Shown here piece after piece: positions 54,938 through 64,000 of a stretch of DNA of 64,000 nucleotides (positions are counted from its first letter, which is position 1; the number at the start of each line of letters is the position of its first letter). Under the pieces are notes generated by a model. That model saw only the letters and a list, made by a program, of their open reading frames with translations, did no database searches and was not told where the DNA came from. Source of the stretch: an uncultured Acidimicrobiia bacterium. GTDB taxonomy: Bacteria > Actinomycetota > Acidimicrobiia > Spongiisociales > ZC4RG35. Made by a program: the position numbers and the translations under genes. Location: NCBI GenBank assembly GCA_963790345.1, contig CAWBOD010000012.1, positions 84,188 to 148,187 on the forward strand, in the 5' to 3' direction.

Positions 54938-55947
54938 TCAAGAAGGCTGGGCCTTGGTCACCAGGGCCCGCCGACCCGCTCGGAGGTGACAGGCGGCCAG
55001 GTGATCTGGCCGATCGGGCCCCGGCATCAGCTCCGGTGGCTCGATGTCACAGAGCCCGGGTCGGGCGATCGGGCACCTGGGATGGAAGTGGCACCCCGAT
55101 GGCGGGTTGAGCGGCGAGGGAATTTCACCCTGCAGGATGATGGGGCGCCGGGGACGATCCGGATCGGGGACCGGGATCGCCGACAGGAGAGCCTCGGTGT
55201 ACGGGTGCAGGGGCTGGCGATAAAGGGTGTCGCGGTCGGTGATCTCGACAACCCGCCCGAGATACATCACCGCCACCCGGTCGGAAATGTGCTCTACCAC
55301 GGCAAGGTTGTGGGCCACAAAAAGCAGGGTCAGGTCGAGTTCGGACTGGAGCTCGGTGAGAAGGTTGAGGACCTGGGCCTGGACCGAAACGTCGAGAGCC
55401 GACACGGGCTCATCGGCCACGACCAGACGGGGCCGGAGGATCAGGGCTCGGGCAATACCGATTCGCTGACGTTGACCACCTGAGAACTCATGCGGATAAC
55501 GAGCGGCGTGGGCGGGCTTGAGGCCTACCAGCTGCAGCATCTCGGCCACTCGAAGGTGGCGCTCATCCTTCGAGGACACCCCATGGATCCGCAGCCCCTC
55601 GGAGATCGATTGACCCACCGGGCTCCGGGGATCGAGCGAGCTGTACGGGTCCTGAAAGATCATCTGCATCTGGCGCCGGACCGAGAAGAGATCCTTCCCG
55701 CTCAGGTGGGTGATGTCGGTGCCGTCAAAGTCGATCCTTCCCGCGGTCGGCTCCAGCAGCCTCACCAGCATCCGACCGAGGGTGGTCTTGCCACAGCCCG
55801 ACTCGCCGACCAGGCCCAGGGTCTCTCCTCGATATATGTCGAGGTCGACGTTGGCGACGGCCCGGACCCAGCCCTGTGTTCGCTGGAGGATCCCGCCCCG
55901 CACCGGAAAGTCCTTGGTCAGGCCTTTGAGTTGGACCAGTTTTTCTT

Positions 55948-55951
<4 letters not shown>
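54938..55951 (-). CDS. peptide/nickel (Opp/Dpp-type) ABC transporter ATP-binding protein
   Basis: Intact 337 aa: Walker [10 protein letters not shown], signature [15 protein letters not shown], Walker [13 protein letters not shown] and the oligopeptide C-terminal domain ([11 protein letters not shown]). Confidence 0.9.
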
Positions 55952-57026
<1,075 letters not shown>

Positions 57027-57030
<4 letters not shown>

Positions 57031-57986
57031 TGATTGAGCCGCGGGTCGAGCGCATCACGCAACCCGTCACCCAGCAAATTGAACCCGAGCACCACGAGCA
57101 TGATGGCGAGCCCGGGGAAGAACACGAGGTGAGGGGAAGAGAAAACCTGGTTGCGATCCGCCCCGAGCATCGATCCCCATTCCGGAGTTGGCGGTTGTGC
57201 TCCGAGGCCCAGAAATGAGAGACCCGCAGCTTCGAGGATGGCCCCGGCGACACCGAGGCTTCCGAGGACGACGAGGGGTGTCAGGGCATTGGGAATAACG
57301 CGGGTCATGAGAATCCGCCAGCTCGAAGCGCCGAGGGCCATGGAGGCCGCGACAAAGTCCATCTCCTTGATCTGGAGGACGGAGGCGCGCATCACCCGGG
57401 CGTACTGAGGGATGGTGACAACGGCGATGGCGAGGAGGGCATTGGTGAGTCCAGGGCCGAGGACTGCGACGATGGCGATTGCCAGCAACAAGGCCGGGAA
57501 GCCGAGGACCACATCCATGATCCGCATGATCACGTTGTCGATCCAGCCTCCCCAGTATCCGGCGATCGCGCCCAGGACCGCCCCGACCAGGATCGCGGCC
57601 GTGACCGTCGTGATCCCGATTGTGAGGCTTACCCGGGCGCCGTAGATGATTCGGGAGAACTCATCACGGGCATTTCCATCAAGACCAAGAAGATGCTGGG
57701 GGCGCTCGCGAGGACAGCCAAACGCATGGATGCATGGTGGATCACGGCGCTCGATGCCTACCTCCTCGCCGAGCAGGCCCCGCTCTGGGTCATGGGTGGC
57801 GATCAAGGGGGCGAACAATGCCACGACCACCCAGAAACCGATGATGATCATGCCGGTCACGCCGGTACGCCGCCGCCGCAATCTCTTCCACGCCGTCTTC
57901 CAAACCGAAACCGGCCGATCGAGGAACTGACCCCCCTCGGCGAGGACCTCGAACGGCTCCAGTGCACGCTTGCGGCTGCCAATCAT
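57027..57986 (-). CDS. ABC transporter permease (OppC/DppC-type)
   Basis: From the ATG at 57986 (MIGSRKRAL), overlapping the upstream stop as ATGA. It has the BPD-transport signature region AASMALGASSWRILMTRVIPNAL and is intact. Confidence 0.88.
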
Positions 57987-59063
57987 TCGAGCCTGATCCT
58001 TGGATCCAGATATGCATACGACACGTCGACGGCCAGGTTCACGAGAACGTACCCGAACGCGACCACGAAGGTGAAGCCCTGGATCACGGCGTAGTCCCGG
58101 GAAAAGATGGCATCGACGAGGGCTCGCCCGACCCCGGCCAGACTGAAAACGCTTTCGGTGAGAACGGCTCCACCCAGCAGCAGGCCCAGTTGCAGGCCTC
58201 CGATCGTTACGACCGGTAGCAATGCATTGCGCAGGGCATGTCGGCCCACCACCCGACGCTCGGGCGCCCCTTTGGCGCGGGCGGTTCGCACATAGTCGGA
58301 GCCCAGCACCTCGAGCAGCGAGGATCGAGTGATCCGGGCAATGATCGACAGAGGGATCGTGGCCAATGCCACCGCCGGAAGGATCAGATGCTTGATGGCA
58401 TCTCCCAGGATCGCCCACTGGCCGGAGATGAGGGTGTTGAGGATGTAGAAATTGGAGAAGAACTCGTACACGGGCGCCCAGGCGCTAGCGGGGTCGAGAT
58501 GGCGTCCCCACACTTCGTAGAAAGGAATCGGACTTGCTCCAGCGCTGAGCCGCCCTGATGGGGGCAATGCGAAAGGCGTGTCCTTGAGGACCAACGCGAA
58601 TAGATATGCCAGCATCAGCCCCAGCCAAAAGACCGGCATCGAGACGCCGACGTTGGCGGCGGCCATGGTTCCGACGTCGACCGCGCTGTTATGACGCATG
58701 GCAGCGGCAATTCCCAGGGGGATCCCCACGAGCAGTGCGATGACGAGTGCGGCCATCGACAACTCGATGGTCATGGGCAGCCGCTCGATCAGGACCGACA
58801 TGACCGGGCGCGATGAACGGACCGAGTCACCAAGGTCGAATCGAATCAATTTTCCCAGATAGATGCCGAGCTGGACCGGTATCGGCTCGTCGAGACCGTT
58901 CAACCGATTGAAACGTGTCGCATGCTTCCTGCGAGGCCCGTTCTCCAAGCATCGACCGGCACGGATCGCCTGGAATCGCCCGGACTAAGAGGAATACAAC
59001 GACGACGATGCCAAGCAGCACCGGAATGGCGAACAGAAGGCGGCGAAGGAGGAAGTTGACCAT
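57983..59063 (-). CDS. ABC transporter permease (OppB/DppB-type), one frame break
   Basis: ORF 58827..59063 (MVNFLLRRLLFAIPVLLGIVVVVFLLVRAIPGDP) joins ORF 57983..58948 (YVRTARAKGAPERRVVGRHALRNALLPVVT) near 58920. Confidence 0.88.
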
Positions 59064-59068
59064 ATAGC

Positions 59069-59094
59069 TGAGGGGGGCGCTGGTGCGCCCCCCT
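59069..59094 (-). terminator. intercistronic GC hairpin (11-bp perfect stem, 4-nt loop) between the binding-protein and permease genes
   Basis: gaggggggcgc tggt gcgcccccctc, 15 nt after the binding-protein stop. This fits an attenuator or stabiliser position. There is no U tract. Confidence 0.5.
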
Positions 59095-59109
59095 CATCGC
59101 AGCTATCGA

Positions 59110-60808
59110 TCAAGCCTCTGGAGCGTTGATCAACTGGGTCCATAGATAGGTGTAGTACTCGAAAACACCGCTGTTGCCGACGTGGAGCGGGCTGGCGGCG
59201 TCGATGCCGGCCTCCCACGAAGTTACGACGTCGTTGGCGTCGAACGTGCTTCCGTCGTGGAAGACCACTCCCTCACGAAGGGTGCAAGTCCAAACGGTCG
59301 AATCGTCGTTGGCAACGCATTCGGTAGCGAGCTTGGGCACGACCTGCCCATCGTTGTCATATCCAAGCAGGCCTTCAATCACCGGCTGGCAAGCCGCCAG
59401 CGACTCACCGTCGGTCTCGTCAGCGCAGTACAAGGCTGATCGGTTCGGCATTCTGGACAAAGACCAACGTGTCCTTGCCGGGGTTCATCGACTGCGAACT
59501 GAGGCGGCACCGAATATCGGGCTCACACCGCCCTCGAGCGAGGCCAGACGCGGCATCGTTCGAAGCCGCGTGCGAGATCGGGACCATCGGGACATTGGCC
59601 TTGATGGCGGTGTTGGCAGCCTCATAGAGCGGTTCGGTCGCTGCCACATCGGCCAGTGTGGCGGCCTCCACCAACGGATCGTAGATGTCGGCGTAGGTTG
59701 CCCCGAACTGGGGATTCGCTTCTCCGAAGTGGAAGTCGAGGAAGTTGGTGATGTGCGGGTAGTCGGCGGTCCAACCCAGCAGATACAACGGGTATTGGCC
59801 CGTGGTCGCGGCCTCGATGAATTCGCCTGACTCCACCACCTGGACGGTCACGTTGATCCCGAGATTCTCAGACAGGTCCTGGGCAATCTCCTGGGCCACC
59901 GGACCGGCCTCCGGCAGATACGGGCGCACGACATCGCGGTAGTAAAGGATCACGTCCATGCCATCGGCTCCGGCATCCACCAAGAGTTGTTGAGCCGCGG
60001 CGGCGTCAAACTCGGTGAATCCCTCGCCTGCACAGCCATTGGGCACCGAGCAGGGGACGAAATGTGACGCTACTTCAGAGCCCGGGGCAAAGAAGTTGTC
60101 GACCAGTTGTTGGCGGTTGAGACCCATCGCGAACGCCTGACGAACCTCAAGCTGATCGAACGGAGGGAAGTTGGTGGACATCCCCAGGTACAGGACGTTG
60201 GGGGCAAGGTTGGGCAGGGCGACCAGGTTGCGTCGCCTTCCACCGTGGCGATGTCGGACGGGGCAACGTTGGTTATGTAGTCGGCGTTGCCCGACTGCAG
60301 CTCGAGGAGCCTCGCCGCGCTCTCAGTACGCCCACCGATAGACCAGGGTCTGATAAGCCGGAGCGTCTCCCCAGTAGTCGGGGTTGGCCTGGTAGACGAT
60401 CGAGTCGCCCCGATTCCAGGCATCGAGGACGAACGGACCAGTCCCGATCGGGTTGTCAAGGGGAGCTCCACCAGTCGCTTCCAGGTGCTCCTCGGGTTGG
60501 ATCCCGAAGACGTTGAAAGCCACCACCTGCTGAAACGCCGGTAGCGGCGAACAGAGGGTGAAGGTCACCTCGAGCTCGGCCGTGGCCTCGATCGAGCTGA
60601 TCTTGCCGCCGTAGTCACAGTTCTCGGCCGCCACGGACTTGCCCTCGAAAGTAGGGCCGGCGGTCGTTGTTGTGGTTTCAGCGGCAGTTGTTTCTGTCGT
60701 TGTCGATTCTTCAGTGGCTGCAGTAGTGGTCGTTCCAGCTGTCGTTCCACAGGCAGTGGCGACCAGAGCCAGTACAGCGAATAGCGCGAGCCATCGCATT
60801 CGGGTCAT
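59110..60808 (-). CDS. ABC transporter substrate-binding lipoprotein, family 5 (peptide/nickel), about 3 frame breaks
   Basis: SD aaggagg lies before the ATG at 60808, with lipobox LVATAC. Family-5 motifs are spread over ORFs 60323..60850, 60070..60471, 59420..60181 and 59110..59460 (GTGPFVLDAWNRGDSIVYQANPDYWG ...). Confidence 0.85.
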
Positions 60809-60943
60809 CAGAATTGCCTCCTTAGGGGCGGCCTTGTGGCCGCAACTCAACGGTACATGCCCTATGCAGCCAGTGCATGCCTCCAGCCCCAGGATTTGGG
60901 AGGTCGCTGGGAGGTTGGAACCCGGTCAAACCCGTCAAAGACC

Positions 60944-60996
60944 CGAAACCTAAGGTTATGAGGGGCGGAATCCGCGCCTTATAACCTTAGGTTTCG
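60944..60996 (-). terminator. AT-rich 16-bp perfect inverted repeat just downstream of icmF and upstream of the ABC operon
   Basis: cgaaacctaaggttat - 21 nt - ataaccttaggtttcg. A third half-site-like copy (cttaaggtt) sits at 60999-61007. It could be a terminator or an operator. Confidence 0.45.
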
Positions 60997-61013
60997 TTCT
61001 TAAGGTTCGGGAT

Positions 61014-64000
61014 TTACATGTTGCGGCGGTATTTGCCACCGACGTCGTAGAGGGCAGCGGTGATCTGGCCAAGGGTCGACACCTTGGCGGTCTCCATGAG
61101 TGTCTGGAAGATGTTGCCGTCGGAGACCGCCGACTGTTGCAGCGAATGCAGCGCCAGCGGGCTCATCTCCGAATTGTGGGTCTTGAACTGGGCAAGTTCC
61201 GCCAGACGCCGCTGCCGGTCTTCATCGGTCGACCTGATGAGCTTCTTGGCGGTCTCGATCGGCGAGCCTTCCGGTGACAGGAAGGTGTTGACTCCGACGA
61301 TCGGATACTCCCCCGATTCCTTGCGGCGTTCGTAATACAACGATTCCTCCTGGATGCGGGTCCGTTGGTATTGCCGCTCCATCGCTCCCAACACCCCGCC
61401 CCGGGAAGAGATCCGATCGAACTCCTCGAGGACCGCAGCTTCCACCAAATTGGTCAGATATTCGATGACGAAGGAGCCCTGCAGTGGGTTCTCGTTCTTG
61501 GCGAGGCCGAGCTCCCGGTTGATGATCAGCTGGATGGCCACGGCCCTCCGCACCGAGTCTTCGCTGGGAGTAGTGATGGCCTCGTCGTAGGCGTTGGTGT
61601 GGAGGCTGTTGGTGTTGTCATAGATCGCGTAAAGCGCTTGCAAAGTGGTGCGGATGTCGTTGAACGAGATCTCCTGGGCGTGGAGGGAGCGGCCCGAGGT
61701 CTGAATGTGGTACTTGAGCTTCTGGCTGCGTTCGTTGCCGCCGTATTTGTGTTTGATCGCCTTCGCCCAGATCCGCCGCGCGACCCGCCCGATCACGGCG
61801 TACTCGGGGTCGATCCCGTTGCTGAAGAAGAACGAGAAGTTGGGGGCGAAATCGTCGATGTTCATCCCCCGAGCCAAGTAGTACTCGACATATGTGAAAC
61901 CGTTGGCGAGGGTGAAGGCCAGCTGGCTGATGGGGTTGGCCCCGGCCTCGGCCATGTGATACCCCGAGATCGAGACCGAATAGAAGTTGTCGACTTCGTT
62001 GTCGACGAAGAACTGCTGGAGATCTCCCATCATCCGCAATGAGAACTCGGTGGAGAATATGCAAGTGTTTTGGGCTTGATCCTCCTTGAGGATGTCCGCT
62101 TGAACGGTGCCCCGAACTCTCTGCAGAGTTTCAGACCTGAGCGTTTGATAAACGTCCGGGCTTAGGACCTGGTCTCCGGTGACACCGAGCAGCATCAGCC
62201 CGAGGCCGTCATGCCCGGCAGGAAGCTCACCCTCATACCCGGGTCGGGGGCGGCTGCCGAATATGTCGTCGATACGGGCGGCAACCTCTGCCTCAAGTCC
62301 GTGGGCGATGATGTATTTCTCACAGGCTTGATCGATGGCCGCATTCAGGAAAAACGCCAGGATCGTAGGAGCCGGGCCATTGATGGTCATGGACACCGAC
62401 GTGGCCGGATCATTGAGATCGAAACCCGAGTACAGCTTCTTGGCGTCATCGAGAGTTGCGACCGAGACCCCCGAATTCCCGACCTTCCCGTAGACGTCCG
62501 GTCGCTCGTGGGGATCCTCGCCGTAGAGGGTCACGGAATCGAATGCGGTCGACAGCCGCTTGGCCTTTGAGCCGCTCGCGAGGTAGTGAAAACGGCGGTT
62601 GGTCTGCTCCGGTGGACCCTCGCCCGCGAACATCCTGGTGGGGTCTTCCTCGGTTCGCTTGAAGGGATAGATGCCGGCGGTGAAAGGGAACTCGCCGGGC
62701 AGGTTTTCCTGCAGCGACCAAGCCAGCCTGTCCCCCCATCCCCGCGTCGTCGGTACCGCCACCTTGGGGAGTCTCAAATGCGACAGAGATTCGTAACCGA
62801 TCGGGACCGAAACCTCGCGCCCCCTCACCGAGAACACGAACTCGTCACCCCGATATAGATCCATCCGCTGTTCCCAGGTTTCCAGGGCCTTCAGGTTGGC
62901 CGGGTCGAGTTCCTCCTTGATCCGCCTATGCCGTTCGTCGATTTCGGGCTGATCGGCTGCCACCGCCAGGCGGTAGACCTCCTCGGCGATTCGGGCTTGC
63001 TCGTTCGCCCACCTGTCATATGTCCTGATCTCTTCGGCGATCTCGGCGAGGTAACGGCTCCGCTCGGGGGGAACGACATGCTGCTTGACCGAGTCGGAAC
63101 TTGGTAGAGCGGAAAGTCGGTCGGCGGGGTCCAGCGACAGACCCGGGCCGAACTTCTCGACGACCTTGCCGACCAGGGCCAGATAGAAGCGATTGGTGCC
63201 GGGGTCGTTGAAATCGGAGGCGATGGTTTGATAGACCGGGAGCAGGTCATCGTCTCCGTCGAAGCTGGCTTGGTTGCGCCGGTACTGCTTCCGCACCTCC
63301 CGGAGGGCATCGTCGGCGCCTTGCTTGTCGGCCTTGTTGATTGCGATGAGGTCGGCGTACTCGAGCATGTCGATCTTTTCCAACTGCGAGGCGGCGCCAT
63401 ATTCCGGAGTCATCACATAGACCGAGAGGTCGGCGTGGTCGACGATCTCGGTATCGGCTTGCCCGATCCCGGAGGTTTCGAGGATGATGAGATCGAACCC
63501 CGCCGCCTTGGCCACGTTGACCGCGTCAGAGACAGCCGGCGACAGCGCCAGGTTGGGCTGGCGGGTCGCCATCGAACGCATGTAAACGTGTGGATTCGGA
63601 ATCGAGTTCATCCGAATCCGGTCACCCAGCAATGCACCTCCAGTACGTCGCTTGGAAGGATCCACCGAAATGATGGCAATCCGGTGCTCGGGCAGCTGGA
63701 AGAGGAATCGGCGCACCACCTCGTCCACTAGCGAAGACTTGCCGGAGCCACCGGTGCCGGTAATGCCGATGACCGGGACTTGAGTCTGAGCCGCCTGCGT
63801 CGCGTATGACTCGAACAACTCCTCGTACTTGTCCCGCCAGTTCTCGGCCGCTGAGATCAAGCGGCCCAGGCCCCGGTGATCGTCGGTCGATAGGGTGTCG
63901 GGGGCGAAGTCGTCGAGGTTTCCTACCGGGTAATCAGCCGACATCAGCATGTCGTCGACCATTCCTTGGAGGCCCAGGACCCGACCATCATCGGGTGAGT
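61014..64000 (-). CDS. icmF: fused isobutyryl-CoA mutase (G-protein chaperone domain + B12-dependent mutase domain); N-terminal part lies beyond the window end
   Basis: The frame is uninterrupted from the window edge to the TAA at 61014. It has a MeaB-like P-loop ([16 protein letters not shown]) and NKAD, then the mutase barrel ([12 protein letters not shown] ... RMFAGEG ... [11 protein letters not shown]). Confidence 0.9.
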   Translation of the reverse strand, partial: SPDDGRVLGLQGMVDDMLMSADYPVGNLDDFAPDTLSTDDHRGLGRLISAAENWRDKYEELFESYATQAAQTQVPVIGITGTGGSGKSSLVDEVVRRFLFQLPEHRIAIISVDPSKRRTGGALLGDRIRMNSIPNPHVYMRSMATRQPNLALSPAVSDAVNVAKAAGFDLIILETSGIGQADTEIVDHADLSVYVMTPEYGAASQLEKIDMLEYADLIAINKADKQGADDALREVRKQYRRNQASFDGDDDLLPVYQTIASDFNDPGTNRFYLALVGKVVEKFGPGLSLDPADRLSALPSSDSVKQHVVPPERSRYLAEIAEEIRTYDRWANEQARIAEEVYRLAVAADQPEIDERHRRIKEELDPANLKALETWEQRMDLYRGDEFVFSVRGREVSVPIGYESLSHLRLPKVAVPTTRGWGDRLAWSLQENLPGEFPFTAGIYPFKRTEEDPTRMFAGEGPPEQTNRRFHYLASGSKAKRLSTAFDSVTLYGEDPHERPDVYGKVGNSGVSVATLDDAKKLYSGFDLNDPATSVSMTINGPAPTILAFFLNAAIDQACEKYIIAHGLEAEVAARIDDIFGSRPRPGYEGELPAGHDGLGLMLLGVTGDQVLSPDVYQTLRSETLQRVRGTVQADILKEDQAQNTCIFSTEFSLRMMGDLQQFFVDNEVDNFYSVSISGYHMAEAGANPISQLAFTLANGFTYVEYYLARGMNIDDFAPNFSFFFSNGIDPEYAVIGRVARRIWAKAIKHKYGGNERSQKLKYHIQTSGRSLHAQEISFNDIRTTLQALYAIYDNTNSLHTNAYDEAITTPSEDSVRRAVAIQLIINRELGLAKNENPLQGSFVIEYLTNLVEAAVLEEFDRISSRGGVLGAMERQYQRTRIQEESLYYERRKESGEYPIVGVNTFLSPEGSPIETAKKLIRSTDEDRQRRLAELAQFKTHNSEMSPLALHSLQQSAVSDGNIFQTLMETAKVSTLGQITAALYDVGGKYRRNM

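Overview
This is a high-GC, actinobacterial-type chromosomal segment; the gene order matches the conserved actinobacterial block, possibly from an Acidimicrobiia-like genome. Positions 1-20 kb are accessory. They hold a DUF3494 LPXTG surface protein, a roughly 1050-aa SARP-STAND-BMP regulator, a 5x23-aa repeat membrane protein, an ECF sigma module, a STAS/RsbW-like pair and a 4.2-kb integrase-less islet. The islet is bounded by tRNA-Asn and a 49-bp copy of the tRNA 3' half, and carries an Ltp-type lipoprotein. Positions 20-64 kb are conserved core: rpoD, dnaG, glyQS, uppS, recO, era, ybeY, phoH, rsmE, dnaJ, hrcA with a perfect CIRCE, hemW, lepA, rpsT, holA, comEC, comEA, ppk2, leuS, a K+ channel, a peptide ABC operon and icmF. 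There are no rRNA genes, CRISPR arrays, transposases or integrases. Two points stand out. First, most genes, including essential ones, are broken by frameshifts, roughly 70 by eye and unevenly spread. I read these as consensus indel errors, so many gene ends below are approximate. Second, tandem heptamer arrays, (GCCAGAC)n and (GCAGTAG)n, always sit in sense orientation at or just after stop codons. One pair caps a 549-bp foldback element between ppk2 and leuS. I do not recognise this repeat system as described.
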